64,000 nt of DNA from Sedimentisphaerales bacterium (GCA_963666285.1 OY762711.1), one strand, 5' to 3'. Numbered from the stretch's first letter, positions 1-12,850 are shown. Program-made: numbers and translations. The notes: generated from the sequence alone by a model not told the origin.

Positions 1-298
1 CTGCATGATAAATCATTTCGCATGATGCAATATATTTCTCTCCCTCGGACGCAGGAAATGATTGACCTAAACCGGTATCATTTGCCCAGATCGCTATCCC
101 ATAGCCATCCCGGCGATAACCGGCATCTGAATGATGCCATCCATTTACACCCCAGCCACCCCATCCTTCCGGGTAACCATTGGCAAAATGACCTTTTATA
201 GTGCCGCTTTCAAAATCACCGTTTACTATTAAATTCTGTCCAAACATGAATGTTGGCAATGTTAACACAAAGAATAAAGATATAATTGCTTTACTCAT
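1..298 (-). CDS. Secreted protein, N-terminal part (runs off the window start); signal peptide followed by a carbohydrate-binding-module-like start
   Basis: Not in the ORF track. Read manually from ATG at 298 with a GGAGG RBS at 306-310: MSKAIISLFFVLTLPTFMFGQNLIVNGDFESG...; the frame is open to position 1. NLIxNGDFE is typical of CBM4/9-like galactose-binding folds. Confidence 0.7.
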   Translation of the reverse strand, partial: MSKAIISLFFVLTLPTFMFGQNLIVNGDFESGTIKGHFANGYPEGWGGWGVNGWHHSDAGYRRDGYGIAIWANDTGLGQSFPASEGEKYIASCEMIYHA

Positions 299-514
299 TG
301 AAAAACCTCCATATATCTTAAGGTAGGATTTTGGGCCAAGTTTCGCTTATACTATTATATTCGTCAATTAGCTGTTTTTAGAGGTATAAAATATAAAAAT
401 GCCTAAAAACACTTACCTCTTAAATATTTTGTTTCTATTTAATATTGAAATCACATAATTATTTTATATTATTAGAGTTATCTTAAATATTTAATGACGA
501 CATAGGAGAATATT

Positions 515-2830
515 ATGAAAATAAACTACCCATCAAAACTTACAGTATTGGCTCTGTTTACATTATTTTTTCTTCATTCACATTCATATGCAAACGAACA
601 AGCTATTAGTATAAATCAACAGAATAATTTGAAAATATGGTACCTGCAACCCGCACAAAAATGGAATGAAGCTTTACCTATTGGCAATGGACGTCTGGGA
701 GCAATGGTATTTGGGGGTATACTTAATGAACGCATCCAGCTTAATGAAGATACTATGTGGGCCGGCCCTCCAGTTTCTCAAGCTAATAATGAACTTTATC
801 CTGCTATTGTCAAAGCCCGTGAGCTGATTTTCGCTGGTAAATTTCAGGATGCTGACAAAACTGTACAGAAAGTTATGCCCGAAAGAATATCGCCCAGAAG
901 CTATCAGCCACTGGGAAATATAAAATTTGATTTTGACATTTCTGGAAAAATAGAAGATTATTATCGTGAATTAGACCTAAGTACAGCAATAGCTCGTACA
1001 AGTTTCAATGCTGATGGTGTTAACTATATTCGCGAGGTATTCAGTTCACCTGTACATAACGTACTAGTGATTCACTTTAAGGCAGACAAACCCGGCAATA
1101 TAAATTTTACCGCGACACTTGACAGACCGGCAGATTATACTCTTGAAACTCCTGGAAGTAATACTCTTGCAATGCATGGACAGGTTAGCCATAATGGCAA
1201 ACATCTCGGTGTGAAATATTTCACCCGGTTAATATGTATTCCAGATAATGGCTCCTGCTCTATTCATGACAATAAACTCGCCGTGCGTAACTCAGACAGC
1301 GTAACTCTTTTGCTTGCTGCAAAAACAGACTATAATATTGAAAATCCATTTAATCCACTGCACACAGATCTAAAATTACTTGTCAACTCCGAACTACAAA
1401 CCGCAAGCTTAATAAAATACGATAATATAAAAAGCAATAGCATTAGTGAACATAAAAGACTTTTTGACAGAGTAATACTTAACCTGGAAAAAACTGAGAA
1501 TTCTAACCTGCCTACAGACAAAAGGCTGGAAGCCATAAAAAAAGGCATATCTGACCCTGATTTTTCTACCTTGTATTTTCAGTATGGCCGCTATTTACTG
1601 ATATCTTCATCAAGACCCAGATGTATGCCTGCCAATCTGCAAGGCATTTGGAATGAACACATGGAAGCTCCGTGGAATGCCGATTATCATGTAAATATCA
1701 ATATGCAGATGAACTACTGGCCCGCTGAAGTTTGTAACCTTTCTGAATGTCATGAGCCTTTCTTTAAATTTATTGAAAAAGTGGCTGAAAACAGTAAAGA
1801 TTCTGCCCTGAAAGTTTACAACTGTAGAGGAGCGGTTTTACACCATACAACAGACCCTTGGATGTTTTCTGTACCACTGGGGCACATTCGCTGGGGACTA
1901 TGGCCTATGGCCGGTGGTTGGTGCGCACAGCATTTCATGGAACATTATCGATTCACAAACGACAAGTTATTCCTGCGTAACAGGGCCTGGCCAGTCCTGA
2001 AGGACACTAGTCTGTTTTATCTTGACTATCTGGTAAAAGATCCCCAAAGCGGTAAATTGGTCGCCGGCCCCTGTGGTTCACCAGAAAACGCATTTATCGC
2101 ACCAAACGGCAAAGAAGGTTTTTTAGATATGGGAGCCAGTATGTCTCAACAGATCATTTGGGACTCTTTCACCAACACACTTGAAGCTGCCGATATCCTT
2201 AATATAAAATCTGATTTTGTTAATGATATTCGTTCTGCACTGGCTAACCTGGCATTACCTGGTATTGGTCCTGACAGCAGGCTTCTTGAATGGTCGCAGC
2301 CATTTAAAGAACCTGAACCTGGGCATAGACACATATCTCACGCTTATGCCCTTCACCCAGGCAGACAGTACTCCTACGAAGATACTCCTGCTGAAATCGC
2401 TGCATTACGAAAAAGCATCGACTATCGGCTGGCTCATGGTGGTGGCCATACCGGCTGGAGCAGAGCATGGATTATAAATATGTGGGCCAGGTTAAGAGAA
2501 TCTGAAAAAGCTCATGAAAATCTAATTGCATTATACTGCAAGTCAACCCATCCTAATCTGTTTGATAATCATCCTCCATTCCAGATCGATGGCAACTTTG
2601 GCGGAACAGCCGGTATTGCTGAAATGCTACTTCAAAGTCAAAATGGGAAAATCTTACTGCTGCCTGCCTTACCTGAAGCATGGAAGAATGGAAATGTGAC
2701 TGGCCTCCGTGCGCGAGGTGGTTATGAAATTGACTTAGAATGGGAAAATGGGAAACTTACAAACTACAAAATCAAATCAGATAAAGGAATTTCTGCTGAT
2801 AATATAAATATTATTGACTGCACAAAATAA
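515..2830 (+). CDS. GH95 alpha-L-fucosidase / alpha-L-galactosidase family glycoside hydrolase
   Basis: Signal peptide; [49 protein letters not shown] and [10 protein letters not shown] motifs; AGGAG RBS. Confidence 0.95.
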   Translation: MKINYPSKLTVLALFTLFFLHSHSYANEQAISINQQNNLKIWYLQPAQKWNEALPIGNGRLGAMVFGGILNERIQLNEDTMWAGPPVSQANNELYPAIVKARELIFAGKFQDADKTVQKVMPERISPRSYQPLGNIKFDFDISGKIEDYYRELDLSTAIARTSFNADGVNYIREVFSSPVHNVLVIHFKADKPGNINFTATLDRPADYTLETPGSNTLAMHGQVSHNGKHLGVKYFTRLICIPDNGSCSIHDNKLAVRNSDSVTLLLAAKTDYNIENPFNPLHTDLKLLVNSELQTASLIKYDNIKSNSISEHKRLFDRVILNLEKTENSNLPTDKRLEAIKKGISDPDFSTLYFQYGRYLLISSSRPRCMPANLQGIWNEHMEAPWNADYHVNINMQMNYWPAEVCNLSECHEPFFKFIEKVAENSKDSALKVYNCRGAVLHHTTDPWMFSVPLGHIRWGLWPMAGGWCAQHFMEHYRFTNDKLFLRNRAWPVLKDTSLFYLDYLVKDPQSGKLVAGPCGSPENAFIAPNGKEGFLDMGASMSQQIIWDSFTNTLEAADILNIKSDFVNDIRSALANLALPGIGPDSRLLEWSQPFKEPEPGHRHISHAYALHPGRQYSYEDTPAEIAALRKSIDYRLAHGGGHTGWSRAWIINMWARLRESEKAHENLIALYCKSTHPNLFDNHPPFQIDGNFGGTAGIAEMLLQSQNGKILLLPALPEAWKNGNVTGLRARGGYEIDLEWENGKLTNYKIKSDKGISADNINIIDCTK

Positions 2831-2982
2831 ATACTGAGTTACCACTTTTTTTCAATGTAAATCCTTTATTGATTTTTATATTTCGCGGCATTATAATTTC
2901 TATATTGAAACTAAAAGTATTGTACGCCGTATTTTGCAACAGAATCGGCATAATCAGAAATTACTCAAATTAGAGGTAACTT

Positions 2983-5271
2983 ATGAAAAAAAGTATTGGA
3001 TTTAATTGTGTTTTATTATGTCTACTGATTTCAGCTGTTATTAATATTACAGCTTCAGCTGAACCAGCAACAAATGGGAAATCTCAATATGTCAGACCAT
3101 TAATCGGTACAAAAGGTGAAGGCAATGTTTACCCTGGCCCTTCTGCACCTTTTGGGATGATACAAATCAGCCCGGATACCGACAAAAATCTTTGGGCTAC
3201 TGCTTCCGGATACGAATATTCTGACCCCACGATTCTAGGTTTCAGCCTCACCCATCTTAGCGGCACCGGCATACCGGACCTCGGCGATTTCCTCTTTATA
3301 CCTCAGGTTGGTGAACCGCAGCTCATTTCTGGCGAAAAAGATAAGCCTGAAGATGGATATCAGTCTACTTACAGTCATAACAGCGAAGTAGCAACTGCCG
3401 GTTATTATAAGGTTAAGCTCGATAAACCTGGCGTAACAACAGAACTTACTGCAGGCGTGCGTTCTGGTATGCTTCGATTCACTTTTCCTGCTTCCGAACA
3501 GTCATCAATTATGATCGACCTTGCCCATGTACTAAGTGGTGGTCGCTGGAAAGTTGCTCAATCACGTGTCCGAATTGAAGATGAATGCACTATTACTGGT
3601 TTCCATCTCAATAATGGCTGGGCAAAAGAAAGATACCTCTACTTTGCTGCTAAATTCTCACGTCCTTTTGACGAAGGTTTAATATACAGTAACGGAAAGC
3701 CGGTAATTTATGACAGCCACGCTAATTACCGTTTCCGCAGCCGCAAGGAAGCTGCCGGCAAAGATCTGCGTTTTCTGGCTAAGTACAATACCGCTGAAAA
3801 TGAAATGATTACTGTGAAAGTTGCTGTATCAACAGTCAGCACCGCAAACGCCCAGTTAAATCTCGAAACTGAAATTCCTCACTGGAATTTTGATAAAATC
3901 GTCCGTGATACCTGTATACTTTGGGACACAGAATTAGATAAAGTTGACATCAAGGGCGATTTACAAACTAAAGAAACATTCTATACCGCCTTGTACCACG
4001 CTTTCCTTATGCCCAATACTCATCAGGATGTAAACGGGCAGTATCGCGGATTTGACCAGAATATTCACACAGTTTATGGTGCTGATAAATATACTATTTT
4101 CTCTCTTTGGGACACATATCGTGCTACCCACCCATTGTTCACCTTAATCCAGGCTGATCGTAATTCCGACATGGTCAATTCATTGCTTGCACACTACGAC
4201 CAGAGCGTTGACAACCTGCTCCCAGTTTGGGAACTTCAGGCCAATGAAACCTGGTGTATGATTGGCTATCATGCCGTTCCGGTTATTGCAGATGCTTTCC
4301 TCAAAGGCTGTACTGGCTTCGATCCGGAACACGCTTATGAGGCAATCAAAACTACGGCTATGAATCCTCATTATGATTCAGTTAAGGAATTTGCCGAACT
4401 TGGCTGGGTTCCTTTCGACCAGGAAAATGAAGCCGTTTCAAAGACTCTGGAATATGCCTACGATGATTATACTATAGCTCAAATGGCACAAGCTCTTGGT
4501 AAAACAGAAGACTACAAATACTTTATGGAACGTGCCGACAACTACAAAAATATTTATGATGAAAAAACCGGTTTTATGCGAGGCCGTGATTCTAAAGGCA
4601 ACTGGCGTGAACCATTCGACCCACAAGGATTCGTTCAGGGCGGAGACTTCACTGAAGGTACAAGCTGGCAGTACAGCTGGTACGTACCACATGATGTGCC
4701 CGGCCTGATTAAACTGTTTGGCGGTAAAAAAGCTTTCTGTGAGAAACTGGATAAGCTTTTTGTACTAAACTCTCCCGAAGGTGGCGACTCAGAAGTTGAC
4801 GACATTTACGGTCGTATTGGTGAATACTGGCATGGTAATGAACCTAGCCATCATATAATTTACCTATATTGCCATGCCGGCCAGCCCTGGAAAGCTCAAA
4901 AACTGCTAAATACTGTTATAAGAACACAATACGGTAACGAGCCCGGTTCCCTTACAGGAAATGATGACTGCGGACAGATGTCCGCATGGTATATTTTTAC
5001 CTGCCTTGGTTTCTATCCTATCGCTCCTGCAAGTAATGTATATACAATTGGAGCTCCGCAAATTGAAGAAATCACCTTAAATCTGTCAAATGGTAAAAAA
5101 TTCACAATGAAGGCTGACAAACTCTCCCCTACAAACATATATATACAGTCACTTACTGTTAATGGCAAAGATTGGAACAGCCCTTTCTTGCCATATGAAG
5201 AGCTCAAAAATGGTGGAGATATCCATTTTATAATGGGGCCAAAGCCTAATAAGAACTGGGGCGTCAGGTAA
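2983..5271 (+). CDS. GH92 alpha-mannosidase
   Basis: Signal peptide; PFGMIQISPDT, THLSGTG, FSLWDTYR, SKTLEYAYDD, HGNEPSHH and GNDDCGQMSAWY motifs. Confidence 0.95.
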   Translation: MKKSIGFNCVLLCLLISAVINITASAEPATNGKSQYVRPLIGTKGEGNVYPGPSAPFGMIQISPDTDKNLWATASGYEYSDPTILGFSLTHLSGTGIPDLGDFLFIPQVGEPQLISGEKDKPEDGYQSTYSHNSEVATAGYYKVKLDKPGVTTELTAGVRSGMLRFTFPASEQSSIMIDLAHVLSGGRWKVAQSRVRIEDECTITGFHLNNGWAKERYLYFAAKFSRPFDEGLIYSNGKPVIYDSHANYRFRSRKEAAGKDLRFLAKYNTAENEMITVKVAVSTVSTANAQLNLETEIPHWNFDKIVRDTCILWDTELDKVDIKGDLQTKETFYTALYHAFLMPNTHQDVNGQYRGFDQNIHTVYGADKYTIFSLWDTYRATHPLFTLIQADRNSDMVNSLLAHYDQSVDNLLPVWELQANETWCMIGYHAVPVIADAFLKGCTGFDPEHAYEAIKTTAMNPHYDSVKEFAELGWVPFDQENEAVSKTLEYAYDDYTIAQMAQALGKTEDYKYFMERADNYKNIYDEKTGFMRGRDSKGNWREPFDPQGFVQGGDFTEGTSWQYSWYVPHDVPGLIKLFGGKKAFCEKLDKLFVLNSPEGGDSEVDDIYGRIGEYWHGNEPSHHIIYLYCHAGQPWKAQKLLNTVIRTQYGNEPGSLTGNDDCGQMSAWYIFTCLGFYPIAPASNVYTIGAPQIEEITLNLSNGKKFTMKADKLSPTNIYIQSLTVNGKDWNSPFLPYEELKNGGDIHFIMGPKPNKNWGVR

Positions 5272-5303
5272 GACTGTAATACCCAGGTAATTTGTAATAT
5301 CTT

Positions 5304-5334
5304 AAAGGCAGCTTCCCAAAGAAGTTGCCTTTTT
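5304..5334 (+). terminator. Intrinsic terminator after GH92
   Basis: AAAGGCAGCTTC-CCAAA-GAAGTTGCCTTTTT stem-loop with a T-run. Confidence 0.8.
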
Positions 5335-5495
5335 CATTATAAATAGATAACCTGTATATGTAATATTTTACATTGTCCCCAATATAGCTGTTTTTATCAA
5401 TATTGATATATAATAGTGTCTATACAGCCATACCACACCTTAGAATAATAAAAAGTATTTGTTTTATATAAATTAACTCGTTGAGGTAAACTGAT

Positions 5496-8400
5496 ATGAA
5501 AAAATCTCAAATTGTATTGTATTTACTAACTCTATTATCAACTTTAGTTAATAATTTACCTGCAGATAATAGACCCAATGTCCTAATTATTCTCGCTGAC
5601 GACCTTGGATACTCTGATCTGAGTTGTTACGGCAGTGAAATACCAACACCTAACCTTGATAAAGTTGCTGCTAATGGTACCAGGTTCAAATCTTTTTACA
5701 CTTCTGCTCGATGCTGCCCTTCCCGTGCGTCTTTAATGACCGGTCTGCATCCGCATCAGGCTGGAATTGGTTCTTTCACTTTTGATTCTCCTCGACCCAA
5801 TATGGGACCGGCATTCACTGGCCATCTGCTGCCGAACTGTGTTACCCTGGCTGAAATACTTGGCGATGCCGGGTATTCTACCTGGATGGTCGGTAAATGG
5901 CACATTGGCATACCCGGTCCTATTAAACGGGGGTTCCAGAATTATTATGGTTTCAAAAACTTCCTGGCACACTCAGAAGATCAATGGGATCAGGATAAAT
6001 ATGTCAGATTACCTCAGGACGTAGAACCTGAACTTCAATACAACAATAATGATTTTTATGTAACTGATGTTTTTTCTGATTATGTCTGTGAATTCTTATC
6101 TCAGGCCGAAAAGCAGGATAAGCCGTTTTTTATGTACCTGGCATACTCCTCACCACATTTTCCAGTCCAGGCACCAAAGGAAACAATTGACAAATACTAC
6201 AATACATACATGCAGGGTTGGGATAAGCTTCGCGCTGAAAGACTTGCCAAACAGAAAAAGCTTGGCCTGTTCGGTCCAGAGGTAAAATTGCCGCCGCGAT
6301 CACTGGTACCTGTTGATAGAGATGATATAGCAAATGGATATGCCGGTAAGCTCAACCCGGCATGGGATGACCTTGAACTGGATCGCCAAAAAGACCTGGC
6401 CAGACGTATGGCAACCTTTGCCGCTATGGTTGAGCATGTTGATCAGGGCGTCGGCAGAGTAGTTGAACAATTGAAAAAATCCGGCAAACTTGACAACACT
6501 CTTATTTTATTCCTTAGCGATAACGGTGCTTGCTACGAATGGGGACCTTTTGGCTTTGACGGTACATCACGAGCTGGTTATACCAGACTGCATAAAGGAA
6601 CCGAACTTGACCAGATAGGTCAGTTCGGCACTCACCATTCATATGGATCAGCCTGGGCTAATCTGGGAAACACACCACTTAATATGTATAAACACTACTG
6701 CCATGAAGGCGGATTGTCCAGCCCGTTAATCTTTTCATGGCCCAAAATGCTAAAAAATACCGGTAGGTGGATAAACGACCCGGCTCATCTTATGGATATT
6801 GTTCCCACTATCCTGGAAGCTACTGGAGCTGAATATCCCGAATATCGAAATATGATAAAGATTCAACCTATGGAAGGTGTTTCTTTACTTAATGCTGCCA
6901 AGGGCAATCGCATGGAAACAAGAATGATTCCTTTCGACCACCAGGGTGCTCATGGCCTGCGCTGGGGTAAATGGAAAATTGTATGGAGCAAGCGCCAGCC
7001 AACACCGGTTACATGGGAACTCTATGATCTTGATATCGATCCGTCGGAGCAGATAAATCTTGCCGGCCAGCATCCCGATCTGGTCAAGAAACTTGTTACA
7101 GATTGGGAAAAATGGGCTGTTAAAGTTGGTGTTGAAGGCTATTGGAAAGATACCGACACATCTGATGCTTCTCCGGAAATTGCCAATAAGGAAATACACA
7201 TCTCTGTTGAGGCCAATCCGGACAATGGTGGTAACGGCGGAGTAATTATTGCTCACGGTGGTAACAGGTATGGATATGCCGTTTATATATCAGAAGGCAA
7301 AGCTGTTTTTGATGTTAGAATTGATGGCAAAATAACTTCTGTTACCTGGCCTGAACCAGTTAGCAATAAAGTTCGAATTGAAGCTGTCCTGGCAAAAGAT
7401 ATAATGTCAATTTCCGTAAATAATTCTCCTGCTATTGAAATTGATTCTCCCGGACTTATTCCTGTCCAGCCTCTTGATCCTATGACTGTAGGTGAAGACA
7501 CATTATCTGCTGCCGGGAATTATTATACTCCTAATAAATTTGAAGGCACAGTTATTTATACCAGGATAATAGCCGATGGAAACCCGCCTGCAGTTATGCC
7601 TGCAATGAGTAAGAAACAGGTTAGAGATGGCTTGAAATCTCATAACAGAGCCTTATATGTGCTTGAAGGGTGGATACGAGATCCTTACATAATAAAAGGA
7701 CCGGACAACTATTTCTACCTGACAGGAACAACTCCAAACCCTGGTGACCCACGCGAACAAAGCGACCCGTACAATACTGGCCTGGGCGATGAATCTCTTG
7801 TTGGGTGGAAAGCCCAGGTATGGCGCAGCAAAAACCTGGTTAAATGGGAATATCTTGGTACCCCGTTTACTTTGCAGGATGGTATATGGTATACAGATAG
7901 ACCGGAACGATTCAACGAAGTTGATCAGCTGCAATGGAGACTTTGGGCCCCTGAATTGCATTGGCTTGGCGACCGCTGGGCACTGGTACACACCAGCCCT
8001 TCGCCAGTCAACGCCGCCAACCTGGCACTCAGCAATGGTTCTGAAGTAGCCGGCCCCTGGGAAAATCCTATGGGTACTAAAATTAAACGTAAACACGATC
8101 CGTCATTGTTCAAGGATGATGATGGTACCTGGTGGATGATCTGGGGTGCTACTGAAATTGCACCTCTCAAGCCAGACTTCTCTGACTTTGCCGGTCCATC
8201 TATAAGGATCAGGCCTGCTGGTGACATGGCCAAAATGGGACACGAAGGCTGCTTGATACAAAAAATCCACGGAAAGTATGTCTTGTTTGGTACCGGCTGG
8301 TCAACAACTAAAGGACGCCGAGGCAGCTATAACCTGTATTATGCCACGGCAGATAAAATCACCGGACCATATAGCGAACGTAAATTTGCCGGTAGATTCC

Positions 8401-8654
8401 TCGGTCACGGCACCCCATTCCAGGATAACCAGGGAAGATGGTGGTGTACTGCTTTCTATAATGGTAACGTACCACCTGTCAGCTCTGTAAACATCCAGTC
8501 CCGCGACCTGAGTACTACTGCTTATACAATTAACCAGCGAGGAACAACCTTAGTTCCACTAGAGGTTAAACTGCTGGATAATGGTGAACTGTATATTCGA
8601 GCCAAGGACCCGGCATATGCTGTACCCGGACCAGACGAATATCAAAAATTCTAA
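5496..8654 (+). CDS. Arylsulfatase (S1, Cys-type) fused via a LamG-like domain to a C-terminal GH43-type beta-propeller glycosidase
   Basis: RPNVLIILADDLG, CCPSR (CxPxR), GKWH and SDNG sulfatase motifs in about aa 26-545; IRDP, WAPE, HDPSLF and EG GH43-type motifs after about aa 720. Confidence 0.9.
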   Translation: MKKSQIVLYLLTLLSTLVNNLPADNRPNVLIILADDLGYSDLSCYGSEIPTPNLDKVAANGTRFKSFYTSARCCPSRASLMTGLHPHQAGIGSFTFDSPRPNMGPAFTGHLLPNCVTLAEILGDAGYSTWMVGKWHIGIPGPIKRGFQNYYGFKNFLAHSEDQWDQDKYVRLPQDVEPELQYNNNDFYVTDVFSDYVCEFLSQAEKQDKPFFMYLAYSSPHFPVQAPKETIDKYYNTYMQGWDKLRAERLAKQKKLGLFGPEVKLPPRSLVPVDRDDIANGYAGKLNPAWDDLELDRQKDLARRMATFAAMVEHVDQGVGRVVEQLKKSGKLDNTLILFLSDNGACYEWGPFGFDGTSRAGYTRLHKGTELDQIGQFGTHHSYGSAWANLGNTPLNMYKHYCHEGGLSSPLIFSWPKMLKNTGRWINDPAHLMDIVPTILEATGAEYPEYRNMIKIQPMEGVSLLNAAKGNRMETRMIPFDHQGAHGLRWGKWKIVWSKRQPTPVTWELYDLDIDPSEQINLAGQHPDLVKKLVTDWEKWAVKVGVEGYWKDTDTSDASPEIANKEIHISVEANPDNGGNGGVIIAHGGNRYGYAVYISEGKAVFDVRIDGKITSVTWPEPVSNKVRIEAVLAKDIMSISVNNSPAIEIDSPGLIPVQPLDPMTVGEDTLSAAGNYYTPNKFEGTVIYTRIIADGNPPAVMPAMSKKQVRDGLKSHNRALYVLEGWIRDPYIIKGPDNYFYLTGTTPNPGDPREQSDPYNTGLGDESLVGWKAQVWRSKNLVKWEYLGTPFTLQDGIWYTDRPERFNEVDQLQWRLWAPELHWLGDRWALVHTSPSPVNAANLALSNGSEVAGPWENPMGTKIKRKHDPSLFKDDDGTWWMIWGATEIAPLKPDFSDFAGPSIRIRPAGDMAKMGHEGCLIQKIHGKYVLFGTGWSTTKGRRGSYNLYYATADKITGPYSERKFAGRFLGHGTPFQDNQGRWWCTAFYNGNVPPVSSVNIQSRDLSTTAYTINQRGTTLVPLEVKLLDNGELYIRAKDPAYAVPGPDEYQKF

Positions 8655-8676
8655 GATACGATTTAACCAAATCACC

Positions 8677-8715
8677 TAAAGGTCTGTCGGAATAACCACA
8701 GACCTTTATTTTTTC
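8677..8715. terminator. Hairpin/terminator between convergent genes
   Basis: TAAAGGTCTGT(C)GG...CCACAGACCTTTA stem followed by a T-run on +; overlaps the stop of the RNase HII-like gene. Confidence 0.7.
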
Positions 8716-9683
8716 CTAACCAGCAAATGATCAATATTTAACGAATACACATTTGCAGCTTTCAAATCATCCAGAAAACGCATGCCATCCTGATAGTAAC
8801 CAGCTGTCGGCTTAAGGCCGGTAACCCTAGAAATGAAATATTTATTCAGCTGTTCAACCATAATTTCACGTACTAACTTACTTATCAGCGACGCAAGCGC
8901 TACCGTAAGCTGCTTCTGATCTCCCTTGGCAATAAAATGTGTTTTCATCGAACGTTTACCATCCACAATATGGTAACTACTCAGATGTGGTGTACGTTTC
9001 AATTCATTAATTTGAGCATATGGAAAGATTTTTTGCAGCTTATCACGATAATTTGACCTGCCGCCCTGCTTATCTATGACTATATTCAGTTTTTCATGGC
9101 TGTAGTTTTCCCATGCATAAAAAATATGTTTACAGGCCTGGTTAAACAACACTACTGATTTATTGCCAGTTAATTCAACAGCATCATTATACTGTCCTAC
9201 CGGCATAGGAATGGCGTACATATACTCGATACTTATATTTAATTTTCGCATCGTGCGCCACATACTGCTTGCGGCAATAGAAATATCTGAATCATCATAT
9301 GACAGGTTCTCGGATAGCAGATTTTGATACCACAGATACCCGTTAAAACAATCTGGATTGTCAAAATTCAATAATTTTAAGAGTTCCCCAATACTTTTCG
9401 GTAATGGCATTTCAGCTGCTGATTCTGTTGCTGCTGCCCGACATGCTAAAACAGAACGAGCAAGCAATGAATAATCACCGGCAGAATGATGAAGTTTCTT
9501 ACTGTCATTAATTACTATCCTGCCTTTGCTGCCTTTTTTTGTCAGACTGACCGCATCTTCCAATAGCTGCCAAAGTGAAACAGATAGCACATCATCAGGA
9601 ACACGTATCGCAGATGATGAAACAACAAGCGGACCCAACAATGGTCCATATCCAGCTTCATCTATTCCTACTATTACTGCCAT
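8706..9683 (-). CDS. Ribonuclease HII-like protein (divergent, with a large insertion)
   Basis: GIDEAGYGPLLGPL, DSKKL and ALASLISK..RE motifs of the RNase HII fold. ATG at 9683 is preferred to the TTG at 9698. Confidence 0.75.
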   Translation of the reverse strand: MAVIVGIDEAGYGPLLGPLVVSSSAIRVPDDVLSVSLWQLLEDAVSLTKKGSKGRIVINDSKKLHHSAGDYSLLARSVLACRAAATESAAEMPLPKSIGELLKLLNFDNPDCFNGYLWYQNLLSENLSYDDSDISIAASSMWRTMRKLNISIEYMYAIPMPVGQYNDAVELTGNKSVVLFNQACKHIFYAWENYSHEKLNIVIDKQGGRSNYRDKLQKIFPYAQINELKRTPHLSSYHIVDGKRSMKTHFIAKGDQKQLTVALASLISKLVREIMVEQLNKYFISRVTGLKPTAGYYQDGMRFLDDLKAANVYSLNIDHLLVRKK

Positions 9684-9698
9684 TTTACCAAACCACAA

Positions 9699-10613
9699 TT
9701 ACATTATTATTGATCGCCATCCACCTGCAGATACCATCCCCTGAAAAAGAACCCAACCCAGAGGAGCTGCAAAATAAGGAGAATCAATCAAATCCAGAAA
9801 ACCACCAAATTCCGGTATAAGGCTCGCCGAATCTTTTATTCCGGCATCTCGTTTGAACATACTCTCTACGATATCGCCAAACTGACCATAGACCGCCAGA
9901 ATACAACCAAAAACAATTGCTTCTGTTATGCTCAACAATGAAAAAGTATAAGTTCCAAGGCCTATGGCAATTATAGTTGAAAATAACATTCCGCCTGCTA
10001 GTCCTTCCCAGCTTTTACCCGGACTTATACTTGGCACTATCTTTGTTTTTCCAAGTTTCCTGCCTATCAGGTATGCCCCTATATCGGTTCCTTTTACTAC
10101 CGCCAGAAAAGTAATTATATATCCCGACTGTAAGGCAAAACTGTTTGAATAAAAATCAAACAGCCTCATCTGGATAAGAAAATACCCGCCAAAACCTATA
10201 TAAATATATCCGAATACTGTTGCAGCAATATTTGCTATAGCACCTTCTGTTCTATATCTTCTGGCCTGCTGGATAGCAGCTAAAAGAAACACCAGCATAA
10301 CAAACAATGCCAGATGCAAATGTTCATGAGGGTTTTGTTTATGAAATGGTATTGCGGTAATCAGAAATAATCCCATAATTGCAGGAAAACAGAATATCTT
10401 GATATTTCTTCCTGCCGCAAGCTTTCGCAGCTCAAGGACACAAAATATACTAACAATCAATACCAAGCCGGCAAATCCAAGGCCGATATTGGCGGCATTA
10501 CTGAAACACCAGTAACCTTTAGCACTTGCATACCCATCTAATATCAATCCGGCTGCCAGTATGACAACCATGATTGTACCGAAGAATAATCTTTTTGCGT
10601 ATTTGGAATCCAT
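9699..10613 (-). CDS. cdsA: Phosphatidate cytidylyltransferase
   Basis: Multi-TM; DIGAYLIG, SPGKSWEG and ESMFKRDAGIKDS..IPEFGGFLD signature; follows uppS. Confidence 0.93.
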   Translation of the reverse strand: MDSKYAKRLFFGTIMVVILAAGLILDGYASAKGYWCFSNAANIGLGFAGLVLIVSIFCVLELRKLAAGRNIKIFCFPAIMGLFLITAIPFHKQNPHEHLHLALFVMLVFLLAAIQQARRYRTEGAIANIAATVFGYIYIGFGGYFLIQMRLFDFYSNSFALQSGYIITFLAVVKGTDIGAYLIGRKLGKTKIVPSISPGKSWEGLAGGMLFSTIIAIGLGTYTFSLLSITEAIVFGCILAVYGQFGDIVESMFKRDAGIKDSASLIPEFGGFLDLIDSPYFAAPLGWVLFQGMVSAGGWRSIIM

Positions 10614-10674
10614 AGTTTAGGGATTGTTGTTAGAAGAATATTATATATACTGCCTGTTATAAACTACTAGGAGA

Positions 10675-11427
10675 TTATTTTGCCAAACCGCCGAACCTGC
10701 GGTTCCTGGTAGAGTACTCTCTTATTGCTTCATGCAAAGCTTCTGTATTAAAATCAGGCCAGTGGATATCGGTTACATAAAATTCTGCATAGGCAATCTG
10801 CCACAGCAGGTAATTACTTATCCTCATTTCTCCTGATGTGCGGATAAGTAAATCTGGATCAGGTAATCCCGCCGTATCCAAATGATCACTTATCAACTGC
10901 TCATCAATCTGCGATACATCCAATTCGCCGCTTTTGATTTCAGCTGCTATTTTTTTGAATGCACAAATCAGTTCTGCCCTACCTGAATAATTCAATGCCA
11001 GGCAAAAAGTCATCCCGGTATTATCTTTACTCATGCGTATGGTCTCATGCAGCTCTTTCAAGACAAAATCTGGCAGATTGTCTTCCAGTCCGACATGACG
11101 CACACGGATATTTTTAGACATGATTGTCGGACGCTCTTCAACAAGATACTTCGCATATAACTGCATCAAACCGGCTATTTCTTCTTTTGGACGGCGCCAG
11201 TTTTCTGTACTAAACGAATATAGCGTCAAAGCTTCAATACCCAGGTCTGCACAATCGACAATTGTCTTTCGTACAGAATTACTGCCGGCTGCATGACCTT
11301 TTAAGCGAGGCTTGCCCTGGGCTTGTGCCCAACGACCATTACCATCCATAATTATCGCTATATGTCTCGGAATCTTCTCATATGGAATTCCGATAATAGG
11401 ATTTACATTTTCAGAATTTTCTATCAT
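10675..11427 (-). CDS. uppS: Undecaprenyl diphosphate synthase (cis-isoprenyl transferase)
   Basis: HIAIIMDGNGRWA, FSTENWRRP, DLLIRTSGEMRISNYLLWQ, RRFGG. Confidence 0.97.
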   Translation of the reverse strand: MIENSENVNPIIGIPYEKIPRHIAIIMDGNGRWAQAQGKPRLKGHAAGSNSVRKTIVDCADLGIEALTLYSFSTENWRRPKEEIAGLMQLYAKYLVEERPTIMSKNIRVRHVGLEDNLPDFVLKELHETIRMSKDNTGMTFCLALNYSGRAELICAFKKIAAEIKSGELDVSQIDEQLISDHLDTAGLPDPDLLIRTSGEMRISNYLLWQIAYAEFYVTDIHWPDFNTEALHEAIREYSTRNRRFGGLAK

Positions 11428-11479
11428 AAATCTTTTCGTATTTTCTGGTATTCACCGGGGCTTGCTTATAATCTAAGCG

Positions 11480-12775
<1,296 letters not shown>

Positions 12776-12850
12776 TTAATCTTAAGTGTTTAAATACTAT
12801 TTACTTTCTTACCTCGCAGTACTTTCCCAAGTATGCGCAACAAGCATAAC

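Noticed and set aside
370..425. Short inverted repeats in the divergent promoter region (GTTTTTAG/CTAAAAAC, AGAGGTA/TACCTCT)
   Set aside because: The context is very AT-rich and the motifs were not seen at other CAZyme promoters in the window; could be chance.
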